From: Flavobacteriales bacterium | GTDB lineage: Bacteria > Bacteroidota > Bacteroidia > Flavobacteriales > BACL11 | Assembly (NCBI GenBank): GCA_036012565.1 | Contig: DASCPP010000111.1 | Coordinates: 1-58,434, forward strand | DNA length: 58,434 bases | Direction: 5' to 3' | Shown here: piece after piece, positions 48,056 to 58,213 of the stretch | Layout of the letters: each line of letters begins with the position of its first letter | How positions within the stretch are numbered: position 1 is the stretch's first letter | Translations under genes and position numbers: made by a program | Notes under the pieces: model-generated | The model's database searches: none | What the model was told of the DNA's origin: nothing | Seen by the model: only the letters and a program-made list of their open reading frames with translations

Positions 48056-48227
48056 TTTTTGTTCTTTTACTTTGAAGCAAAAGAATCAAAAGTTCAAGAC
48101 TGTATTCTTTTGAAACGCATAAGAAACATAAAATATAGAATAAAATAAACTCGCCTTTGGCTCAAACAGAATTTTGTTAATCTATCTTTTAATTTCTTGC
48201 CAAAAGAATAAGGTCATATCATTCCTA

Positions 48228-48258
48228 TTAAAAAATCCCCACCAAATTGGCAGGGATT
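48228..48258 (-). terminator. Intrinsic terminator of groES-groEL
   Basis: The minus-strand RNA forms AAUCCCUGCC-AAUUU-GGUGGGGAUU, a 10-bp stem with two G-U pairs, followed by a U-run. It lies about 27 nt after the groEL stop. Confidence 0.75.
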
Positions 48259-48284
48259 CTTAATAAATATATAACGCATTGCGT

Positions 48285-49922
<1,638 letters not shown>

Positions 49923-49927
49923 TTAAT

Positions 49928-50209
49928 TTATTTAATGATTGCTAAAATATCTGATTCTTTCATGATGAGATAATCTTCTCCATCATATTTTAATTCTGTG
50001 CCTGCATATTTTCCATATAACACATTGTCACCAACTTTTACTGTTATAGGATTTTCTTTAGTGCCTTTACCCACAGATACAATACTTCCTTTTTGTGGTT
50101 TTTCTTGGGCAGTATCAGGGATAATAATCCCAGAAGCTGTTTTGCTTTCGGCAGCAGCAGCTTGTACAAGTACTCTATCTGCCAATGGTGTAATTTTTGT
50201 TTTAGCCAT
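49928..50209 (-). CDS. groS: Co-chaperonin GroES
   Basis: 93 aa. PLADRVLV..., mobile loop [15 protein letters not shown], directly upstream of groEL. Confidence 0.98.
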   Translation of the reverse strand: MAKTKITPLADRVLVQAAAAESKTASGIIIPDTAQEKPQKGSIVSVGKGTKENPITVKVGDNVLYGKYAGTELKYDGEDYLIMKESDILAIIK

Positions 50210-50253
50210 TTTTTATTTTTTTAAGTTAAAATTTTGTTCTGTAAATCATTATA

Positions 50254-50269
50254 TGCATAAAGCGTGCCA
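50254..50269 (-). promoter_or_regulatory. Sigma-54 (-24/-12)-type promoter candidate upstream of groES
   Basis: The minus strand reads TGGCACGCTTTATGCA, against the consensus TGGCACG-N4-TTGCW. There is one mismatch and the GG/GC spacing is exact. Its downstream end is 44 nt upstream of the groES ATG. Confidence 0.55.
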
Positions 50270-50315
50270 AAATATTTTTAAGTGAACTTTTGTCAGTTAC
50301 TACCAAAACAATCTT

Positions 50316-50657
50316 TTATTGACCATCAGTGGTTGGATTTGTTTGTGGTAAGTTTGGCACTTGATCCGTTTGAGGAACAATGGATTGATCAATTTGTTCT
50401 TGCATGATAGACTCTGGATCTTCCGCATTGTTTCTTGGTATAGCAAAATTGGAAAGTAAGCTAAGCGAAATGAGTGCTATTGCCAATGTCCAGGTTGACT
50501 TTTCCAGAAAGTCAGTGGTTTGTTTCGCGCCCATCATTTGGCTTGTGCCACCTCCAAAAGTGGAAGAAAGTCCACCACCTTTTGGGTTTTGTACCAGTAC
50601 AACTAACACCAGTAAAATACAGCAAATAATAATAAGGATTGCAAAAATTGTATACAT
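50316..50657 (-). CDS. secG: Preprotein translocase subunit SecG
   Basis: 113 aa with two TM helices and motif LVQNPKGGGLSS. Confidence 0.9.
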   Translation of the reverse strand: MYTIFAILIIICCILLVLVVLVQNPKGGGLSSTFGGGTSQMMGAKQTTDFLEKSTWTLAIALISLSLLSNFAIPRNNAEDPESIMQEQIDQSIVPQTDQVPNLPQTNPTTDGQ

Positions 50658-50658
50658 T

Positions 50659-51339
50659 TTATTTTTCTTTTAGGTCGTAAATTAATTTTATTTGGTTTGC
50701 AAAGAAACTATTTTTTTGTGGATATTTCAAACTTAATTTCTCATAAGCTGCTATTGCCTTATCAAAATGCTCTTGTTCTAGATATACTCTTGCTAAAGTT
50801 TCAGTTACAATTTCATCATTTTCTATTAAACTTTCCTCAGCAGATTTTGCTGGTGAAAAGAATTCTTCTCTCTTTAGCTTGCTAATAGAAGGCTGTGTAT
50901 CAATAAATTTATCAATCAAATTAGTTTCTTTTACTTCTTGTATTCTGTCTATCTTTTTAGCATTTGTAAGCGTAAGCCATTCAGCAAAAGAGTGTGTTTC
51001 TTTTTCATTAAATTGAAGTGGTTTGCCAATTCCCAGTTCTTTTTCTGGAGTTGGAACTTCTTTATTTTGTTCCACTTTTTTTATCTCTTTTTCTTCTATA
51101 ACCTGTACATTCTTGGTAATAAGTTTGAAAAGCAATTTGCGGTTTCCAGAGTAAGCTGCTGCCTTTCTTAGTTGAGCATTATAACTGATGCTATCGGTAT
51201 TGTAAAGCCCTTTGGTATAGAGCAATTGCATGGAAGCAAAGTAAGGGAAGGCCTGCAAACTTATGCGCATATCGGCAATTTCAGCTTTACTAATATTCAT
51301 TGGGTTTTGGATATTTTCTATGAGTTTTTCGTTTCGCAT
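50659..51339 (-). CDS. TPR-like protein of unknown function
   Basis: About 226 aa. C-terminal TPR-like helix pair (LARVYLEQEHFDKAIAAYEKLSLKYP). The ATG at 51339 overlaps the lptE stop (TAATG). Confidence 0.55.
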   Translation of the reverse strand: MRNEKLIENIQNPMNISKAEIADMRISLQAFPYFASMQLLYTKGLYNTDSISYNAQLRKAAAYSGNRKLLFKLITKNVQVIEEKEIKKVEQNKEVPTPEKELGIGKPLQFNEKETHSFAEWLTLTNAKKIDRIQEVKETNLIDKFIDTQPSISKLKREEFFSPAKSAEESLIENDEIVTETLARVYLEQEHFDKAIAAYEKLSLKYPQKNSFFANQIKLIYDLKEK

Positions 51340-51845
51340 TACCAATTTACCACTGCTTTATTAAAAATATCTTCTGCTAATTCAGATGTTATTTGCTCTA
51401 TTAAATCGCTTTCTACTTCTGCTAAACTTTTGATGCTATCATAATCCCCATAGCGAGAAAACTTTTGCTCAAAATTTTTGCTTTCATCTTTTGTATTCTC
51501 AAACTTTACTTTTATGGCAATGGTCAATCTGTTTTGTGCAGCTTGTTCATTGGCTTGAATGGCAATTGGTTTTACTTCATATGTTGTAATCTCACCACTA
51601 AAATTCAAATCACCTGCATCTGTTTCCAAACTTAAATTGGTTTGTTGCAAAAAATAATCTTTCAACCTTTCGGTAAATACCTGGCTTAAAGTTGGATCAA
51701 TTGTTGCAGAACGATTAGGGAAATATTGCACTGCTACTGTTTTTACATCAGGAGAAATAGAAGCCCCAGTAAAAGAGTAAAACCCACAAGCAGTTAGCAA
51801 ACTTACTAAAATAATTACTAATATTTTGCTAAAAATTCTATACAT
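51339..51845 (-). CDS. lptE: LptE-family LPS-assembly lipoprotein
   Basis: 168 aa. Lipobox LLTAC followed by GFYSFTG, typical of Bacteroidetes LptE. Confidence 0.7.
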   Translation of the reverse strand: MYRIFSKILVIILVSLLTACGFYSFTGASISPDVKTVAVQYFPNRSATIDPTLSQVFTERLKDYFLQQTNLSLETDAGDLNFSGEITTYEVKPIAIQANEQAAQNRLTIAIKVKFENTKDESKNFEQKFSRYGDYDSIKSLAEVESDLIEQITSELAEDIFNKAVVNW

Positions 51846-53020
51846 TATAAATCAAATTCTTTAATTTTTCTATATAAAGTTCGCTCTGAAATACCCAATT
51901 CTTGAGCTGCATATTTTCTTTTTCCTTTATGTTTCTCCAAAGCCCGAACAATCAAGTTTTTTTCTTGTTCAAATAAAGATAAATTTTGCGCAACTTCAAT
52001 GTTCTCTGCTGCCTTTTTAGTAGGCAGAATAGTTACTGCATTTTCATTTTCCAAATCTTCAAAAACTTTTGGAGAATTCTTATCCATTTTTCCTTCTTTT
52101 TCCATCAAATCAAAAGTAATTTTTTTAAGTTCAGTTAAATCTTTTTTCATATCAAAAAGCACTTTATACAAAATTTCTCTTTCCGAAAATTCACTACTAT
52201 TTTCTCCCTCAAAAAGTACAGGTGTTTTATTAGGGTTTTGATTATGTGGAATATAAGAGTCTAAAGTATCAGCCGAGATGTTTCTTTCTTGCTCTATAAC
52301 GGAAATTTGTGCAACAAAATTCTTCAATTGGCGGATATTTCCAGGCCAAGGATAATCCTGTAAAAGTTGCATTGCCTCATCACTAAGGCGAATGACTGGC
52401 GTGTTGTATTGGTCGGCAAAATCGGCTGCAAATTTCTTGAAAAGCAATGAGATATCTTCTTTTCTATTTCTAAGGGCTGGAATTTGGATGCTAACGGTAT
52501 TTAATCGGTAAAACAAATCCTCTCTAAATTTTCCTTTTCTGATGGCTTCTTGAATATTTACATTGGTTGCGGCTATTATTCTTACATCTGTTTTTTGCAT
52601 TTTGGAAGAGCCCACTTTCATAAATTCCCCGCTTTCCAAAACCCTTAAAAGTCGCACTTGGGTGGATAGTGGTAATTCCGCTACTTCATCTAAAAATATA
52701 GTCCCACCATCAGCCACCTCAAAATATCCCTTTCTGCTATCGTGAGCGCCAGTAAAAGCTCCTTTTTCGTGTCCGAAAAGTTCAGAGTCAATAGTCCCTT
52801 CTGGAATTGCACCACAATTTACTGCTACATAGTTGCTATGTTTTCGTTTAGAATTCTGATGAATTATTTTTGGAATATTCTCCTTTCCCGTTCCGCTTTC
52901 CCCATACACAAATACGGAAATATCGGTAGGGGCAACTTGCAAAGCCACATCAATTGCACGGATAAGTCCGGTGTCATTTCCTATAATTCCAAATCTTTGT
53001 TTTGCTTGTTTTGTGTCCAT
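51845..53020 (-). CDS. Sigma-54-dependent transcriptional activator (bEBP) lacking an N-terminal sensory domain
   Basis: Walker A GESGTGKE begins about 40 aa from the start. GAFTGA loop present, Walker B IFLDEV, C-terminal Fis-type HTH (AAQELGISERTLYRKIKEF). Start at the ATG at 53020. Confidence 0.9.
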   Translation of the reverse strand: MDTKQAKQRFGIIGNDTGLIRAIDVALQVAPTDISVFVYGESGTGKENIPKIIHQNSKRKHSNYVAVNCGAIPEGTIDSELFGHEKGAFTGAHDSRKGYFEVADGGTIFLDEVAELPLSTQVRLLRVLESGEFMKVGSSKMQKTDVRIIAATNVNIQEAIRKGKFREDLFYRLNTVSIQIPALRNRKEDISLLFKKFAADFADQYNTPVIRLSDEAMQLLQDYPWPGNIRQLKNFVAQISVIEQERNISADTLDSYIPHNQNPNKTPVLFEGENSSEFSEREILYKVLFDMKKDLTELKKITFDLMEKEGKMDKNSPKVFEDLENENAVTILPTKKAAENIEVAQNLSLFEQEKNLIVRALEKHKGKRKYAAQELGISERTLYRKIKEFDL

Positions 53021-53022
53021 AA

Positions 53023-54471
53023 TTATATTACTTTTCCCATTAATGTAGCAGCTGTGCAACTCTCAATTTTCACGCTTACATATTGGCCTTTTTTGTAATT
53101 TTTTCTATCGAAAACAACCACTTTATTTTGAGCTGTTCTTCCAAAAAGTTTGTCCTTTGACTTTTTACTTTCCCCCTCAATTAGTACTTCATAAGTTTTT
53201 CCAATGGTTTCCTTATTTCTGATTAAAGAATGCGCCATTTGTTTTTCAATAATTTCAGCTAACCTTATCTGTTTAGTTTCCTCTATAACATCATCCTCAA
53301 ATTTCCTTTGGGCAGAGGTGTTTGGTCGTTCAGAATATTTAAACATATATCCAAAATCAAATTTTACTTGATCCATCAAATCAAGAGTATCTTTATAGTC
53401 TTTCTCGCTTTCTGAGCAAAAGCCAGCAATCATATCCATAGAAATTCCACAATCGGGCAAAATCTCACGAATTTTTTTAATTCTTCCTAAATATTCTTCT
53501 TTGGTGTATCCTCTTTTCATAATATCCAAGATTCTATTACTACCAGATTGTACAGGTAAGTGAATGTAATTGCAAATGTTTTTATGTTTTGCCATTACAT
53601 TTAAAACCTCATCTCTCATATCCTGAGGATTGGAAGTAGAAAATCGAACTCTCAAATTTTGATTAATTTTTGCAACCATTTCAATTAATTGCGCAAAGTT
53701 GGTGCTATTTTCTTTCTCTTTTTCATTTAAATTTTTGAACTCTTTTTTTGCTCCACCTCCAAACCAAAGGTAAGAATCTACATTTTGCCCTAAAAGAGTG
53801 ACTTCTTTGTAGCCATCAGTAATTAATTGTTTGCATTCATTTATAATGCTTTCAGGGTTTCTGCTTCTTTCTCTTCCCCTTGTAAAAGGAACTACACAAA
53901 AAGTACACATATTATCGCACCCCCTTGTAATTGAAACAAAAGCAGTAACGCCATTCCCTCCAAATCTGACAGGGCTTATTTCGGCATAAGTTTCCTCTTT
54001 TGAAAGAATTACATTCACTGCTTTCCGCCCATCATCTACCTGCCGAATAAGATTTGGTAAATCTCTGTATGCATCTGGCCCCACAACAATATCCACCAAT
54101 TTTTCTTCTTCCAGAAATTTTTCTTTCAACCTTTCTGCCATGCAGCCCAAAACACCAACAATCATTCCAGGGTTGTTTTTCTTTTTTATGGAATTATAGA
54201 CTTGTAATCTTCTCCTTACGGTTTGCTCTGCTTTTTCTCTTACAGAACAAGTGTTTACAAAAACTAAATCTGCTTCTTCAATTACATTTGTAGTACAAAA
54301 TCCTTCATTGGTTAAAATAGAAGCAACTATCTCAGAATCTGAGAAATTCATCTGACAACCATAACTTTCGATATACATCTTTTTCTTGTCATTTTTTTCC
54401 TTAGCAATACTCAAAGTTTCGCCTTGTCTTTTTTCATCCAACCATTTCTCTCTCATTTTTACAAAAGTCAT
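53023..54471 (-). CDS. miaB: tRNA-i6A37 methylthiotransferase MiaB
   Basis: Motifs YGCQMN and radical-SAM CDNMCTFC, plus a C-terminal TRAM domain. ATG at 54471 chosen, because the ORF-track TTG at 54495 lies inside a -7 box. Confidence 0.92.
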   Translation of the reverse strand: MTFVKMREKWLDEKRQGETLSIAKEKNDKKKMYIESYGCQMNFSDSEIVASILTNEGFCTTNVIEEADLVFVNTCSVREKAEQTVRRRLQVYNSIKKKNNPGMIVGVLGCMAERLKEKFLEEEKLVDIVVGPDAYRDLPNLIRQVDDGRKAVNVILSKEETYAEISPVRFGGNGVTAFVSITRGCDNMCTFCVVPFTRGRERSRNPESIINECKQLITDGYKEVTLLGQNVDSYLWFGGGAKKEFKNLNEKEKENSTNFAQLIEMVAKINQNLRVRFSTSNPQDMRDEVLNVMAKHKNICNYIHLPVQSGSNRILDIMKRGYTKEEYLGRIKKIREILPDCGISMDMIAGFCSESEKDYKDTLDLMDQVKFDFGYMFKYSERPNTSAQRKFEDDVIEETKQIRLAEIIEKQMAHSLIRNKETIGKTYEVLIEGESKKSKDKLFGRTAQNKVVVFDRKNYKKGQYVSVKIESCTAATLMGKVI

Positions 54472-54492
54472 TTTTCTATCAATTTCGGGCCG

Positions 54493-54500
54493 CAAAGTTA
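54493..54500 (-). promoter_or_regulatory. Bacteroidetes-type -7 promoter box for the miaB...secG operon
   Basis: The minus strand reads TAACTTTG, 21 nt upstream of the ATG at 54471. Confidence 0.55.
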
Positions 54501-54546
54501 AATAAAAAATCTGTTAAACTGACAATGTGGCAGAAATCAAATTTTC

Positions 54547-54566
54547 TTATATTATATATAATATAA
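54547..54566. repeat. 20-bp perfect A/T-only palindrome in the miaB-topA divergent region
   Basis: TTATATTATA|TATAATATAA, verified as its own reverse complement. Flanked by 9-bp direct repeats AAACTGACA at 54516-54524 and 54570-54578. Confidence 0.5.
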
Positions 54567-54649
54567 TGCAAACTGACAGCATTTTTGATTTGTTTTATTT
54601 AAAAAAACTTTCTTTTATTTGCACAAAATTTTAAAAATCGAAATTGATT

Positions 54650-56965
54650 ATGAGCAAGAATTTAGTTATTGTGGAATCACCAGCAAAGGCGAAAACTATT
54701 GAAGGTTATTTAGGAAAAGAATTTACTGTAAAATCAAGTATTGGACACATTCGTGATCTTCCTAAAAAAGGAGGAATGGCAATAGATATAGAGAATGGAT
54801 TTAAGCCAAAATATGTTATTTCTGATGATAAAACGAAAGTGGTAAGCGAGCTAAAAGCAGAAGTTAAAAAAGCAGACACTATTTGGTTAGCAACTGATGA
54901 GGACAGAGAAGGAGAGGCTATTGCTTGGCATTTGACAGAAGCACTTGGCTTAGATAAAAAAGAGACTAAAAGAATTGTATTTCATGAGATTACAAAAAAA
55001 GCAATTACCAATGCAGTGGGGAATCCTAGAGAATTGGATCAAAACTTAATTAATGCCCAACAAGCGCGTAGGATTTTAGATAGATTAGTGGGATTTGAGT
55101 TATCTCCAATTTTGTGGAAAAAAATAAAACCAGGACTCTCGGCTGGACGTGTACAATCGGTTGCATTAAAAATAATTGTAGAAAGAGAAAAAGAAATCAT
55201 AAATTTTAAAAGCGTTTCCTCTTTTAGGATATCGGCATTATTTACAACTACTGAGGGTAAACAATTTAAGGCTGAACTGCCAAAAAGATTAAGTTCATTA
55301 AAGGATGCTCAAGAATTTTTAGATAAATGTAAATCAGCAGAGTTTAAGGTAGAAAATGTGGAGAAAAAGCCAGCCAAGAAATCTCCTTCTGCTCCTTTTA
55401 CTACTTCTACTTTGCAGCAAGAAGCATCCAGAAGATTGGGTTTTTCAGTAACACAAACTATGATGGTCGCCCAAAAACTATACGAATCTGGGAAAATCAC
55501 TTATATGCGTACCGATAGTGTGAATTTATCCAATGATGCTTTAAATGCTGCTGAAAATGCAATCCAAAAAGCGTATGGTGAAAATTATGCTAAAAGGAGA
55601 ACTTTTGCAACCAAAGCAAAAGGAGCACAAGAGGCGCATGAGGCCATTCGTCCAACTGATATGAGTAAAAGTATAGTAGATGGCGAAAGTACTCATCAAA
55701 AATTGTATGCTCTTATTTGGAAAAGAACTATCGCCTCACAAATGGCAGAAGCACAAATTGACAGAACCATTGCTACAATAGGTATTTCCACTGATGAGCG
55801 GCAGTTTGTTGCAAAAGGGGAAGTGATTACTTTTGATGGATTTATGAAAGTATATTTGGAAGGGAAAGATGATGAATCTGAAAGTGAAAAAGGAATGCTT
55901 CCTCCATTAAGATTAGGCGCTTTAGTTGAGACTGAGGAAATTTTAGGAATAGAAAGATTTAGCAAACATCCGCCAAGATATGCAGAGGCGAGCTTGGTAA
56001 AAAAATTAGAAGAGTTAGGTATTGGAAGACCATCCACTTATGCTGCTACTATTTCTACCATTCAAAGCAGAAAATATGTGATAAAGCAAACAACAGAAGC
56101 TAAGCAAAGAGAAATTCGGGCAATAATTGTAAAAAATGGAGAGCTAACAGGGGAAAAACGACAGGAGAATTATGGAGCAGAAAAGGGTAAATTATTTCCA
56201 ACATCAGAGGGAACTGTAGTTTGCGATTTTCTGGAAGAGAATTTTAATAATATCATGGATTATGGTTTTACCTCCTCTGTGGAAAGCGAATTTGATGATA
56301 TTGCAGAAGGCAAGAAAGTTTGGAATGAAATGATAGCGGATTTTTATGATCCTTTCCACCAAAAAGTATTGGAAGTGGATGAAACTGCCGAAAGAGCATC
56401 TGGTGAGCGGCTTTTAGGAGAAGATCCAAAAAGTGGTAACAATGTGTATGCAAGAGTTGGAAGATTTGGGCCAATGGTGCAAATTGGCGAAATGCAACAA
56501 TCGGATGATGCACCAAAACCAAAATATGCTTCCATTATTGGGGAACAAACCATTCAAACCATTACTTTAGAACAAGCTTTGGAGCTTTTTAGATTACCGA
56601 GAGTAGTTGGAGAATTTGAAGCAGAAGAAGTGGTTGCCGCTATTGGAAGGTTTGGTCCTTATTTAAGACATAAAGGCAAATTTACTTCCATCAAAAAAAC
56701 GGATGAAGAAGATCCTTTAACGATAAAATTGGATAGAGCAATTGAACTCATCAAAATAAAAATTCAAGCTGATAAAGATAGATTGATTAATAATTTTGAA
56801 GGTGAGCCGCTTATTCAAGTTTTGAATGGAAGATACGGTCCATTTGTGCAAGTAACTCCTGAAAAAGGTAAGAAAATTAATCTTAAAATACCGAAAGATA
56901 CTGAGCCGAAAAGTTTAAATAGAGAAGATTGTTTATCTTTGCTGAAAGAGCAAAAGAAAAAATAA
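54650..56965 (+). CDS. topA: DNA topoisomerase I (type IA)
   Basis: Toprim motifs VIVESPAKAKTI and ATDEDREGEAI, active-site ITYMRTDS. Three C-terminal GR(F/Y)GP(M/Y/F) repeats replace zinc ribbons. ATG at 54650. Confidence 0.96.
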   Translation: MSKNLVIVESPAKAKTIEGYLGKEFTVKSSIGHIRDLPKKGGMAIDIENGFKPKYVISDDKTKVVSELKAEVKKADTIWLATDEDREGEAIAWHLTEALGLDKKETKRIVFHEITKKAITNAVGNPRELDQNLINAQQARRILDRLVGFELSPILWKKIKPGLSAGRVQSVALKIIVEREKEIINFKSVSSFRISALFTTTEGKQFKAELPKRLSSLKDAQEFLDKCKSAEFKVENVEKKPAKKSPSAPFTTSTLQQEASRRLGFSVTQTMMVAQKLYESGKITYMRTDSVNLSNDALNAAENAIQKAYGENYAKRRTFATKAKGAQEAHEAIRPTDMSKSIVDGESTHQKLYALIWKRTIASQMAEAQIDRTIATIGISTDERQFVAKGEVITFDGFMKVYLEGKDDESESEKGMLPPLRLGALVETEEILGIERFSKHPPRYAEASLVKKLEELGIGRPSTYAATISTIQSRKYVIKQTTEAKQREIRAIIVKNGELTGEKRQENYGAEKGKLFPTSEGTVVCDFLEENFNNIMDYGFTSSVESEFDDIAEGKKVWNEMIADFYDPFHQKVLEVDETAERASGERLLGEDPKSGNNVYARVGRFGPMVQIGEMQQSDDAPKPKYASIIGEQTIQTITLEQALELFRLPRVVGEFEAEEVVAAIGRFGPYLRHKGKFTSIKKTDEEDPLTIKLDRAIELIKIKIQADKDRLINNFEGEPLIQVLNGRYGPFVQVTPEKGKKINLKIPKDTEPKSLNREDCLSLLKEQKKK

Positions 56966-56971
56966 AGAATC

Positions 56972-58123
56972 TTGTATAATTTATCTTCCCATTTTCTTCC
57001 CATTGAAGATGATTTGCTTGCAGAAAGCTGGCAAATCTCTCAGATTGGGCATTGTATAGCCAAACATACTTCTTCTGATTTTCCTGAGATAAGTAATGCA
57101 AAGATTGCTTTTTTCTCTGTTCCAGAATATGAAGGAACGGATAATAATGGCGATAATCATTCTGCAATCCGAGAAGAGTTTTATAGCTTGCATTTTGACA
57201 TGCTTCCTCCTTTGGCTGATTTAGGGACTTTGCAATTAATGCCAACCAAAAAGGAATCCTTCAAACAAATTGAAAAAGTTTGTGCTTGCTTGCTTGAAAA
57301 CGGAATCATTCCTTTGATAATTGGTGGAGGACAAGATATTTCTTATGCCATCTATAAAGCCTATGCTTCAATTGGAAAAATCATTACTTTCACTTCTGTC
57401 GATAATGCTTTCGATTTAGGTACAGAAGAGGATAAAATTCATTCCCATTCCTATTTAAGCAAGATGATTGCTTATCAACCCAATCATTTGTTTAATTATT
57501 GCAATATTGGCTATCAGTCTTATTTTGAAAGCCCTGCTGCCATTGAAATGCTCGATAAAATTCATTTTGACACTTTTAGGCTAGGTTATGTAAAAGCCAA
57601 TTTGTTTGAGGTAGAACCTCTTATGCGTAATACTGATTTTTTAAGTTTTGATTTATCGGCTATTACATCTTCTTATGTTTCTGCCAATGTGCATACTAGC
57701 CCCAATGGCTTTGATGGAGCCGAAAGTTGTAGTATTATGCGTTATGCTGGTTTGAGCGATAAAGTTACCTCTTGTGGTATTTTTGAATACCACAGGGAGT
57801 TAGATTTAGGGAATCAAACAGCAAAACTAATGGCGCAAATGTTTTGGTATTTTTTGGATGGCTTTAAGCAAAGAAAAAACGAATTAAATCCTAACCTAAA
57901 TGAATGCACAAAATACACTGTTTCTTTTGATGACGGAGTGAATGAGGTGGTGTTTTATAAAAGCAATAAAACCGGAAGGTGGTGGATTGGTGTTCCTTTT
58001 TACACTTCTGAAAAAGAAAAGAAAGATAATTACTTTGTAGCTTGTTCCTACCGAGATTATGAGCAATCTAATCAAGGAGAACCACCAGAAAGGTGGATAA
58101 AAACTTACCAAAAGCTGAATTAA
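56972..58123 (+). CDS. Arginase/formiminoglutamase-fold protein with degenerate metal-binding motifs
   Basis: 383 aa. GGGQD stands in place of GGGH(D/E), VDNAFDL in place of DAHxDL, and SFDLSAITSS in place of SxDxDxxDP. TTG start, with no in-frame ATG for 76 codons. Confidence 0.7.
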   Translation: MYNLSSHFLPIEDDLLAESWQISQIGHCIAKHTSSDFPEISNAKIAFFSVPEYEGTDNNGDNHSAIREEFYSLHFDMLPPLADLGTLQLMPTKKESFKQIEKVCACLLENGIIPLIIGGGQDISYAIYKAYASIGKIITFTSVDNAFDLGTEEDKIHSHSYLSKMIAYQPNHLFNYCNIGYQSYFESPAAIEMLDKIHFDTFRLGYVKANLFEVEPLMRNTDFLSFDLSAITSSYVSANVHTSPNGFDGAESCSIMRYAGLSDKVTSCGIFEYHRELDLGNQTAKLMAQMFWYFLDGFKQRKNELNPNLNECTKYTVSFDDGVNEVVFYKSNKTGRWWIGVPFYTSEKEKKDNYFVACSYRDYEQSNQGEPPERWIKTYQKLN

Positions 58124-58213
58124 ATATTTTTAGTTTCTTCTGATTTTTTACCTATTAAATAAAAAATGTCTATTTTAGCGGACGTAAAATTTATAAAAAC
58201 GATAAAATTGAAT

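Noticed and set aside
50210-50315. I looked for a CIRCE/HrcA operator (TTAGCACTC-N9-GAGTGCTAA) or a sigma-32-like promoter upstream of groES.
   Set aside because: No such inverted repeat or motif is present. Only an imperfect AGTAACT...AGTTCACT repeat (50281-50301) and the sigma-54-type element were seen.
53021-53059. A 13-aa extension of the sigma-54 activator ORF that overlaps the miaB 3' end.
   Set aside because: The ATG at 53020 lies 2 nt after the miaB stop and fits the tight coupling seen along the rest of the operon. The extension adds no domain.
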